Shown here: positions 38,782 through 46,915 of the stretch, piece by piece
Position numbering within the stretch: position 1 is the stretch's first letter
Layout: each line of letters starts with the position of its first letter
Assembly: GCA_938004075.1 (NCBI GenBank)
Contig: CALKWP010000127.1
Span: 1-50,588, forward strand
Direction: 5' to 3'
From: an uncultured Methanomassiliicoccales archaeon
GTDB lineage: Archaea > Thermoplasmatota > Thermoplasmata > SG8-5
Length of the DNA: 50,588 nucleotides
Notes under the pieces: model-generated
The model's input: only the letters and a program-made list of their open reading frames with translations
What the model was told of the DNA's origin: nothing
The model's database searches: none
Made by a program: the position numbers and the translations under genes

Positions 38782-38823
38782 TTCGTCACTCACATCATGA
38801 TCAATCGAATGCCTGGGCGGTTT

Positions 38824-39029
38824 GCGGGATAATGTAATTTGAGGTTGCATTATCCCGCCTCCGGCGAGGCATCATACGTCGCTCCCGTCAAATCTAACAA
38901 AAGATTGTTCTCGCTCCAGGTCTGCGCTTCGCTAACATACGGCTGTGTGCCCTACGACGATATAACGTTCTCATGTGCTTTGTGAATAAACGTGTTTGGC
39001 GGTTACGCCCGCCCTTGCGCCCCTCCGCT
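38824..39029 (+). repeat. Structured repeat element, copy 0 (3' portion only: hairpin 2, conserved core, variant-1 3' arm)
   Basis: An 11-bp hairpin GCGGGATAATG/CATTATCCCGC (38824-58) is followed by CTCCGGCGAGGCATCA. After that come an identical run of about 50 nt (38910-38959 = 46152-46201) and one of about 42 nt (to 39029), both shared with copy A. The copy lies immediately downstream of dphB at the compositional boundary. Confidence 0.8.
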
Positions 39030-39229
39030 TCCAACGAATTTGCTTCGCTCATTCGCCTGAATTTTCTCGCCATGCTCGAAAATGACCCCCTTTCTGCGGA
39101 AAGCCCGCATGCTCGGGGCGCCTTGAATACTTTGGGCCGATGCAATCATACTTATTTAAATTGTCCATTGGAAGGGGTGCTGTCCATCGCGAAGTCGGCA
39201 TCATAAGGTATACGCCTCCGTCTGTGAAG

Positions 39230-40135
39230 TCAGGGGTCATTTTTTCCTTCCGCATTTCCTTGAGTAATTAAGTTCCTCTCTTTTCGCCTTTTTATATACA
39301 AATTGAAAAAGGCGAACGTTTCGATAGATACCCCGATAATTATAAGACAAAAGGACAAAATATAATTACCCTCGTTGAAATACCACAACATTACCCCCAT
39401 TGTCCAAATAATTCCACCGATTATTAAATATAATATAAACAGATGGGAAACCTCTAATTTTTTTCTTTCTTGTTCAGTTGTCACCTTTATATCTTGTTTG
39501 CTTGATTTCTTACCAGGAATGTCTTTATCCTTCAGTTCTTTTAATTCTTTTATACGATATCCCCTCTGCTGTGCGAATGAAAGGAACCAATGAGTACTAG
39601 TAAATAAAATATTTCGTAATAATATGATGAGTGGAATGAATATTGCAACTAAGAACACTATAGGGGTCCAACCTCCGACAATAGGCAGTAGCCAGTATCC
39701 AATTATCACCGAGCAGAACAAACAACCATAGAAGAATATCCAAGCAATAATTGCAGACAATAACTGACCTGGAACTCTGTTGTGCTTCCCGTGTATTGTG
39801 ACGAACCTAATTATTTCGTTAAAATACTCAAGATTTGCCTCTTCATTCCCTGCGAAGAGGGATTTGTTAATGAGTTCTTTAAGGACATTAATGTCTTGAC
39901 AGGCTTCAAGTCCCGGTTCCATTGCAAGTAGTATAAAGCTATATGCGATTAGGTAACTTAACATAATCTCAAATGGATAATCCAAACCGAATAACAGAAA
40001 ATAGATTGCTGGTAGGATAAAGCCAAGAAAGAAAAGGATATAAAATGCCTTGCTTATGCGGTCTCCCTTAGTCCAGATTATTTGCGATATCTCTCTGAAA
40101 TGAGATTCATCTTCTAAAGGGTATTCCTTGTTCAT
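39230..40135 (-). CDS. Polytopic membrane protein, putative immunity partner of the Rhs toxin
   Basis: About 300 aa with at least 6 hydrophobic segments. ATG 40133-40135 overlaps the Rhs TAA by one base (TAATG), which implies translational coupling. AT-rich. The immunity role is inferred from position only. Confidence 0.6.
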   Translation of the reverse strand: MNKEYPLEDESHFREISQIIWTKGDRISKAFYILFFLGFILPAIYFLLFGLDYPFEIMLSYLIAYSFILLAMEPGLEACQDINVLKELINKSLFAGNEEANLEYFNEIIRFVTIHGKHNRVPGQLLSAIIAWIFFYGCLFCSVIIGYWLLPIVGGWTPIVFLVAIFIPLIILLRNILFTSTHWFLSFAQQRGYRIKELKELKDKDIPGKKSSKQDIKVTTEQERKKLEVSHLFILYLIIGGIIWTMGVMLWYFNEGNYILSFCLIIIGVSIETFAFFNLYIKRRKERNLITQGNAEGKNDP

Positions 40136-43100
40136 TACAAACAACCTGCTTGTCTAAGACGCCAAGCTCCATATAATCCAGAGATTAATATCCCTATCAA
40201 GGGCAATATAGTTCCCCAAGAGATAAATTTAAGTCCCATAAAAGCGCTTTTTGCTATTACCTGCCACCAAGGAAGTGATTGTATCCATTTGATACTAATC
40301 CAAACGAATATACTCAATGCAATGCCTGCAAATGCCCATATATCACTGAAAATGGCTGCGGTAATTGTACTCCATTTCCACACGGTCATTAAATTGTAAG
40401 ACAAGCTTTCTATGAAAGAAAGTTTTGCAGCAATACCAATTGCGGAAAAGAACATATTTATAAAAAACATAGACCATTTTAAAGCACATAGGCCTGCAAA
40501 ACTAAGCAATCCAGTCGGGTCCACTCGATTAACTGGATTCCATCCAACATATGCATACATATTGGGGCCATCCACCATTCCTGCCGGGTCCTGCTGCATG
40601 AACCTCCCGATGTCGGGCGAATATGCCCTGGCGCGGTAGTGGTACAGCCCGCTTTCAGCGTCATATTGCCGACCGGTGAACTGGTGCGGGTTGTAAACGA
40701 GTTCGTTGCGAACCAACGCCTCCCCGAAGGGCGTGTAGCGGTACGTGTTGACCACATTCTCGCCCGAGTCAATAAGTTCTGAAACGCTGCCCAGCCCATC
40801 ATACAGATAATAATACTTCACCCCGTCGATTGAGATGCTGATCGGATGGTCCACGAATATGAGCTTACCCCCGCCGCAACCGCTGCCGCACTTCTGGCCG
40901 CAAGCGCTGGCAGAAGGATGTGTGAATCTCACGAGCTTGTTGTCCCACAGCTCGTAGACCACACTCTCGCCGTCGTAGAGATAGGTGAGGTTGACCACTC
41001 CGGCCTTGCTGACCCTGCGCCCGTCCAGGGCGTAGCCGTATGTTGTGGCGCGGGTATCAACGAGGCTCGGGCTGGTTGAGGGGGCGCTGTTCAGCGTGAC
41101 CGGTCCTTCTCCAACCGAATTTTGCTCGTCACCGCCGCCTCCGCCCCCGACAGTGCCCACCGAGACCAGCATGTTCTGTTTTTGGCCGTTGAGGAAGGTG
41201 GATTGGTAGCCGTAGTATGTATCTCCTTCGACCATATTTCCGTTGTTGTCGTAGATGTAGGTTGTGGTGCCGGATTGCAGCAATTTGTTTTCATCGTCAT
41301 ATACTGACGTTGTAGTTTGACTGCCGCCACTTGAAATCTGGATGGTCGCAATCATGTTGTTGCGGAGGTCATACTGGTACTGTGTTTTGCTGCCGTCCGG
41401 ATAACTCACTCCGATCAGCCGGTTTTCAGCGTCGTATGCATAATTTGTGGTTGCGCCATTTGCCTCTTTTACACTTATACGGTTCGCGTTGTAATTGTAC
41501 CCGTATGTGAAACTCGAAATGATTTGCCCATTTGACTTGACATTCTCTATCTTTGTGAGTACATTCGATTTGGCATATGACTGATATATCTTTGTCCCGG
41601 TCGGATAAGTGGTCTGGACAAGTTGGCCAATGGCATCGTACACATAAGTTGTAATGCCACCGCCAGGAGCGATTACTGATTTTAAACGATTGAGGGCATC
41701 ATAGGTGTAGGTGGTGATCAATCCGAATTGGTCGGTCATTGATATTATGTTTCCATTTTCATCGTACTGGTATGTGATTATATACTGCTGAGAAAGGACA
41801 CCTTCGTCAACAAAAACCCAGGTTTCCCTAGTAACCCGGCCCAATAAGTCAAATTCTTTATTCTGGACAGAAAGTCTTGGGGGTGTGGGCATTTGGGGTC
41901 TTGGTGGGTATATGTATATTTCGTAGTTTGGCGGATAATTGTAACCCTGCCTCTCATTCTGTGTAATCTGGTATGTTATATAGACTGTAATATCGCCGGG
42001 CATTCCCATCTTGGTCACTCTGTTCAATGCATCATATGTGTATGATGTGTTCTGGTCGTTCGCATCTATATATTCAATAAGATTGCCGACCTCGTCATAG
42101 GCCCATGAGTATGTGGAACCCAATGGCGATGTTTCGCTGATTTTTCTGCCCAGCAGGTCATATCCATATTGCCATGTTGAATCTAAGTCTCCGTCATATT
42201 GACTGACGCTCACAAGGTTGCCAATGGAATCATATGAATATCTCGTGTCAGAACCAGCCGCTCCTAATTCCCTAACGCGATTTCCTAGACTATTATACTC
42301 ATAGATTGTCTCATAGTTCATCCGGTCAATGCGTTTTGTCATTCTACCTTCTGCATCATATTGATACCTGATGGCCAGGTTATAGGGGCAATATTCTTCG
42401 ATTATCCTGCCAAGTGCATCATATGTATTTGCCCAGAAGTTGCCAAGTTTATCTTGTTTCTTTATCATGTTGCCGCTGGCATCGTATGTGTAAATATCGA
42501 AAAAGCCCAGCGCATCCGTGATTTTGACAACTCTGTCCATCGCATCATATTCATAATTGGTAATTGCACCGCGCTTGTCTGTTTCTTTAATCAGATGTCC
42601 TTTCACATATTCAAAGGATTTTGTTTTAAGAAGGGCATCTCTCTCAGTTAATTTATTACCGAATACATCATAAGTGTACGTTGTGACCGCCGCATTTCTA
42701 TCAGTAAAACTAAGAAGATTTCCCATAGCATCATATGTATATGATTCAATATTATTCAACGAATCTATCGTTTGAGTCATTCTGCCAAGCGCGTCGTATG
42801 TGTATTGAGTTACGAATCCTCTTGCATCGGTCATTGAAACCTTCTGATTAATGGTGTTATATGAGAAGAATGTGTGGTAGCCCAGAGCGTCAGTTTGTTC
42901 GACGATGTTTCCATGAGCATCATATGTGTATGTAGAAATTCCACCATTCGCACTCGTTTGAGACGTCATGAGGCCATTTGAACTGAACACATATGATGAA
43001 GTATACCCTTCTGAATTGGTTAGACTCAATGGGTTGTTGTTCGCGTCATAGACATAATTGGTTTCTTCACCATTTTTATCAACGGTTTTGATTGGAATAG

Positions 43101-45792
43101 AAAGATAGAGGTTAGGTGTGGCAAAGGTGCTATACACCGTACCTGTTTTTTTGGTTAAGGGATCTTCCCTCTCTATCAGATTCCCAACGGCATCATATTT
43201 GCTTTTCCAGCTAAATCCGCGAGCGTCAGTTTCAAGTTCGGGTTTTAAATCTTTATTAAATGTGATGCTGGTTGAGGTTGTATCGGGGTTAATTATCTTT
43301 ACTGCTGCACCATTTGAATCAAATATTCTTTTTGTCGATTGAGTGTTTGCATTTAATGTCGTGGTTGTGTGACCGGGGTAAACATAAGTGGCTTCATATT
43401 CTACGTAGTACTGGGTTTTCTGTCCTGAATCAAAATAATATTCACCGACGGTGCATTTGGAAATCTTAGAGCACCAATCTGAAGTAGAAGTATATTGATA
43501 TTCTTTGTACAGGCCCAATGGGTTTATAGTCATCACCATTTTGTGTATGGTTGCTGGAGTTAGGATATTATATGAATATCTATATTCGTTGTTCATCGCA
43601 TCTTTTCGGGTTCTTAAATTTCCATTAATATCATAGGTATACGTGTTGGTCCTTCCGGCCGGATCCACTACTGATGTAATTAGATTGCCAGTATAAATCA
43701 AATTAAGATATAACCCAGAATCATCCTCTACTTTAATCAGCCTATAATTACCATCATATGACATGTGAAGTGAGTTGCCGTTTTTGTCTACTATTTCATT
43801 CAGTAAACCTTGTGAACTAAATACCTTTACGCTACCATCTGTAAATCTCAAATTGTAAAAAGTGCCAGCACTAATTATATCTATATTAACACCGGGTGGA
43901 GATGAATATGCACCATTTCCCAAGCTTTCAAATTCGTAAAAGCTTCCATCTCCTGCAATGAAATCCACAAATCCAGTTCTAAATTGTAATTTTTCACCGT
44001 AGTTGAATTGCCAACCATACCCGAATGGTCCATTAATTTCCGAGTTTAAACTATTATAAATTCGTTCCAGTTTTATTGTATGCCCTAATGCTTTGAGCTC
44101 GATATCCAGACTTGTCACCGCGAGATTGCCATTAACCTGATTGATGCCGTCCTGATACTCGTTCCAAGCTACTTTACCTTTGGAACCCACGATGTTTTTT
44201 ATTCTGGGGTCGTAGTTGCTAGACCTTTCGCCGGGAATTTCATCGTCCGATGTTCCTAAGATGCCGTCCTGACCAGCTCTTTCAAATATCATATCTTTGT
44301 CTTTGTCTTGCCAGCCATCATAGAGGCCGTCTTGGCTTGTGTCAGATAGGTAATTTGCTGTCGTGACATCATCAACAATTATTTTTGCATAATTAATATT
44401 AATCTGACCGCCGTTTGATGAAGTGAATTTAAATGGTATGGATATTGTTGTGGCAGCACTGTTTGTATAATACTTGAAGATGTATTCGTTCATTGCTCCT
44501 CGGATTGAACCCAGCCTTAATGTCGCAGTAAAGGGCATTATTGCCCTCCAATCGATGGTGCCATCATTGCCAACATCTAATTGTAAATCATTGATTGGAA
44601 GAGTTGTGCCTGATGCAGGGGTCAGTTCAATCACGGCATTTTGAATAAGGTAATTATTAAACGATGAAACAGTAAACGATAATGTTGTAATGGTGGATGG
44701 GTTGGTTGATATGCCTGTAATCGGATTGAAAGCTGTTTTTGTTAATTCAGTAACGGCATTTGTAACGGGCTGTGTGTCTTCGCTTAGATCTGTGAGCCCG
44801 TCACCGTCGCTATCCGACTGGCTTGCGTCTGCCTGGGTGTAAACACTGAAATGTTCAACATATGCCCACACATAGCCATCATCTTGGTTTATGCCAGTAT
44901 ATTCTCCATTTTCCCAATCCGTTACAACTACCCAATTATCGCCGACCTGTCTGTACATTCTCAAACATTCGCTGGTCAGCGTTGCCGGAACATTTTCAGT
45001 GATTGGCATCTTAATTATTGCTTTAAATTCGGTTGACGTATCAACGTTTATGTCAATATATTCTCCAGTTGAAACACTAAAATTACCGCTGGTTGATTCT
45101 ACGGTCGGGACAATGTTATCTTCTCCGGAATAATCGACAGCAACTGTTACTCCGAGGTCATTGTCTGTGGCGATGACATCCGGGGTCATGTCAATCGCGA
45201 AATTGTCCGTGTTGTAAATCATCGGTTCGGCATCGCTGATGTCTGGAATCAAATCACAATCAATGTCAGCGGTTAATGCTAATGAACCGGAGCGGACCCA
45301 TGAAAAAGAAACAATTCCTTCGCCCGCAACCATGTCCAGATTGGGCGCAACTGGCCACGGTGCAGCCCCACCGTATCTTGGAGATGTGAATGAAATACCA
45401 TGATCTGAACTGCCTGCATACCAGTATTTGTTATCGTGCCAGGCTTCCTCGATCCACGACACATAGATTATTCCGGTGGTCTCATCAATAGAGACCTGGG
45501 GCCAATGAGAATTTAATTCGGAATAACTAATCTGAACGGGGGAATTCCATGCGTGCCCAGGAATTTGGGAACCAATATCATTTTTATAAAATACTTCAGC
45601 TTGCGTGGATATATCATTTTTAATTAATTGGCTATAGACCATGTGAGTATTTCCATTCTCATCAATGAGCGTATCCTGCTGTATAATCATCCCCTCTGAG
45701 CCACGGGCTGCTGCCGCAGGCTGGAATACCATAGCCATCATCGTCAAAACACACAATACCGATATTGTCACGGTTAATAACTTATTTTTCAT
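40135..45792 (-). CDS. Rhs/YD-repeat polymorphic toxin (1885 aa) with a hydrophobic C-terminal tip
   Basis: The protein contains, in order:
- signal peptide MKNKLLTVTISVLCVLTMMAMVFQPAAAA
- Asp-box-like SSDHGISF
- Ca-binding-like DSDGDGLTDLSED
- dozens of YD repeats (YTYDxxGNL, YxYDAxGR...)
- Rhs core end YRARAYSPDIGRFMQQDPAGMVDGPNMYAYVGWNPVNRVDPTGL
- a C-terminal region of about 120 aa with 4 hydrophobic helices. Confidence 0.9.
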   Translation of the reverse strand: MKNKLLTVTISVLCVLTMMAMVFQPAAAARGSEGMIIQQDTLIDENGNTHMVYSQLIKNDISTQAEVFYKNDIGSQIPGHAWNSPVQISYSELNSHWPQVSIDETTGIIYVSWIEEAWHDNKYWYAGSSDHGISFTSPRYGGAAPWPVAPNLDMVAGEGIVSFSWVRSGSLALTADIDCDLIPDISDAEPMIYNTDNFAIDMTPDVIATDNDLGVTVAVDYSGEDNIVPTVESTSGNFSVSTGEYIDINVDTSTEFKAIIKMPITENVPATLTSECLRMYRQVGDNWVVVTDWENGEYTGINQDDGYVWAYVEHFSVYTQADASQSDSDGDGLTDLSEDTQPVTNAVTELTKTAFNPITGISTNPSTITTLSFTVSSFNNYLIQNAVIELTPASGTTLPINDLQLDVGNDGTIDWRAIMPFTATLRLGSIRGAMNEYIFKYYTNSAATTISIPFKFTSSNGGQININYAKIIVDDVTTANYLSDTSQDGLYDGWQDKDKDMIFERAGQDGILGTSDDEIPGERSSNYDPRIKNIVGSKGKVAWNEYQDGINQVNGNLAVTSLDIELKALGHTIKLERIYNSLNSEINGPFGYGWQFNYGEKLQFRTGFVDFIAGDGSFYEFESLGNGAYSSPPGVNIDIISAGTFYNLRFTDGSVKVFSSQGLLNEIVDKNGNSLHMSYDGNYRLIKVEDDSGLYLNLIYTGNLITSVVDPAGRTNTYTYDINGNLRTRKDAMNNEYRYSYNILTPATIHKMVMTINPLGLYKEYQYTSTSDWCSKISKCTVGEYYFDSGQKTQYYVEYEATYVYPGHTTTTLNANTQSTKRIFDSNGAAVKIINPDTTSTSITFNKDLKPELETDARGFSWKSKYDAVGNLIEREDPLTKKTGTVYSTFATPNLYLSIPIKTVDKNGEETNYVYDANNNPLSLTNSEGYTSSYVFSSNGLMTSQTSANGGISTYTYDAHGNIVEQTDALGYHTFFSYNTINQKVSMTDARGFVTQYTYDALGRMTQTIDSLNNIESYTYDAMGNLLSFTDRNAAVTTYTYDVFGNKLTERDALLKTKSFEYVKGHLIKETDKRGAITNYEYDAMDRVVKITDALGFFDIYTYDASGNMIKKQDKLGNFWANTYDALGRIIEEYCPYNLAIRYQYDAEGRMTKRIDRMNYETIYEYNSLGNRVRELGAAGSDTRYSYDSIGNLVSVSQYDGDLDSTWQYGYDLLGRKISETSPLGSTYSWAYDEVGNLIEYIDANDQNTSYTYDALNRVTKMGMPGDITVYITYQITQNERQGYNYPPNYEIYIYPPRPQMPTPPRLSVQNKEFDLLGRVTRETWVFVDEGVLSQQYIITYQYDENGNIISMTDQFGLITTYTYDALNRLKSVIAPGGGITTYVYDAIGQLVQTTYPTGTKIYQSYAKSNVLTKIENVKSNGQIISSFTYGYNYNANRISVKEANGATTNYAYDAENRLIGVSYPDGSKTQYQYDLRNNMIATIQISSGGSQTTTSVYDDENKLLQSGTTTYIYDNNGNMVEGDTYYGYQSTFLNGQKQNMLVSVGTVGGGGGGDEQNSVGEGPVTLNSAPSTSPSLVDTRATTYGYALDGRRVSKAGVVNLTYLYDGESVVYELWDNKLVRFTHPSASACGQKCGSGCGGGKLIFVDHPISISIDGVKYYYLYDGLGSVSELIDSGENVVNTYRYTPFGEALVRNELVYNPHQFTGRQYDAESGLYHYRARAYSPDIGRFMQQDPAGMVDGPNMYAYVGWNPVNRVDPTGLLSFAGLCALKWSMFFINMFFSAIGIAAKLSFIESLSYNLMTVWKWSTITAAIFSDIWAFAGIALSIFVWISIKWIQSLPWWQVIAKSAFMGLKFISWGTILPLIGILISGLYGAWRLRQAGCL

Positions 45793-45840
45793 GTTAATTC
45801 CCCGCTATTAATTTCATTGCTTGAATATTCAAACCTAGGT

Positions 45841-45861
45841 TATAAAGGTTTTGTGAGATTA
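45841..45861 (-). promoter_or_regulatory. Putative archaeal BRE/TATA promoter of cassette 1 (conserved cassette promoter motif)
   Basis: The minus strand reads ATCTCACAAAACCTTTATAACCTAGG, about 50 nt upstream of the Rhs ATG. The same CTCACAAAA + TATA arrangement recurs at 48245-48267 and 50421-50440. Confidence 0.5.
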
Positions 45862-45880
45862 CTCATATTTTCTGTACTAA

Positions 45881-46272
45881 CGACCGCCAAACACTACGGA
45901 TTATTTGCACATTAAAAACGGGCACACAGCCTTAGCCAGTAGACGCTTGCCCCAAGTGAATGCACAAGCCCGGATATAAGGCTTGTGTTCACACTCCCCG
46001 TCCCTTCGTTGTACTCGTGATTGCTCACCGTAACGTTTGGAAGATGGTGGTTCGCAACCGTGCGGTTTCCTGGATTAGCGTCATTGAGAGGACAGAAACC
46101 TCCGGCGAGGCATCACGAGGGCCTATCGTCGCATACATCAAAAAATAGCTCTCGCTCCAGGTCTGCGCTTCGCTAACATACGGCTGTGTGCCCTACGACG
46201 GTAAAACGGTATCATGTGCATATGCTCCGAAACGTGTTTGGCGGTTACGCCCGCCCTTGCGCCCCTCCGCTG
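45881..46272 (+). repeat. Structured repeat element, copy A (variant-1 5' arm, core with two hairpins, variant-1 3' arm)
   Basis: The 5' arm 45882-45950 is complementary to the 3' arm. Paired blocks are CGACCGCCAAACAC / GTGTTTGGCGGT at 46235-46, GGGCACACAGCC at 45921-32 / GGCTGTGTGCCC at 46183-94, and TGCACAT / ATGTGCA. Hairpin 1 is at 45964-45988 and hairpin 2 at 46065-46101. The conserved block GGCGAGGCATCACGAGGGCCTATCG is at 46105-46129. Confidence 0.85.
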
Positions 46273-46443
46273 GCCCCTGGCTACGCCAACCCGCCTGCTC
46301 AAGGCGCTTGGATTATTTGAAAATAATCGAAATTAATGCATTGCTAATAATCCATTCCGATGATGCCGTTCGTTATCAGGCGCACGTACACTGATGAATT
46401 GCTCTCATCCACAACGATAAGATATCCGCATCCGTCCGTGAAT

Positions 46444-46899
46444 TCAGGGGTCATGGGGTTCTTCCTCGGTTATTGATAGAATTATGGAAGGGGGATATAA
46501 TGGTGGCGGAACTCTGGCCATCATATGATTTTGAACATAACAAGAGGATAATAGTGTGAAAACATAAATTAATGAAATCCATGTAAATAAGGCGACGACA
46601 GTACTAATCACTAGTATAATTAGAGAAAGATTGGAGGCTTTATTTCTGTATACTTCATTTGATGAATAATAATGCATATTTATTCCTATACCAAAACCTC
46701 CGATTACTGTGACACTAATTATTATCAAATATGGGTGTATAATGAACGGAAGCACAAAGGGAATAAAAAGAGAAATAAGAACAATAATTAATGAAAAAGC
46801 CAGTGACATAATATCAATCCAATTAACTTGATGTTCTTCGTTATAATCGAAGCTGACAGGTTTTAATGATTTGATATCGCTCCTATTTAAAAGCGGCAT
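46444..46899 (-). CDS. Small polytopic membrane protein, putative immunity partner of the orphan Rhs tip
   Basis: ATG 46899 is preceded by GGAGGG 8 nt upstream. The ORF-track start at 46941 overlaps the upstream gene by 26 nt. There are 4 hydrophobic segments. The last codons and 25 nt of 3' flank are conserved with the 39230 gene. Confidence 0.6.
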   Translation of the reverse strand: MPLLNRSDIKSLKPVSFDYNEEHQVNWIDIMSLAFSLIIVLISLFIPFVLPFIIHPYLIIISVTVIGGFGIGINMHYYSSNEVYRNKASNLSLIILVISTVVALFTWISLIYVFTLLSSCYVQNHMMARVPPPLYPPSIILSITEEEPHDP

Positions 46900-46915
46900 A
46901 ATCTTGACCCTCCAT

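Noticed and set aside
38894-39206. ORFs 38894..39145 (-), 38973..39206 (+), 39049..39255 (-) and 46188..46394 (+), which share KRVWRLRPPLRPSA.
   Set aside because: The shared peptide is simply the translation of the conserved 3' arm (AACGTGTTTGGCGGTTACGCCCGCCCTTGCGCCCCTCCGCT). There is no start context, and the rest is not conserved.
45960-46148. Small + strand ORFs inside the repeat elements: 45960..46148 (62 aa), 48392..48634 (80 aa) and an open frame in copy C. All start at the conserved ATG of CCAAGTGAATGC and share PR..VVLVIA and GEASRGPI.
   Set aside because: The shared residues coincide with conserved nucleotide blocks. In the two hairpin regions the peptides are unrelated (VSWISVIERTET against ETCLYGAGRSVS) while base pairing is preserved by compensatory changes, which points to nucleic-acid structure. 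The ORFs end at different places, and open frames are expected in GC-rich sequence. The indel between copies A and B is a multiple of 3 (18 nt), so coding is not strictly excluded.
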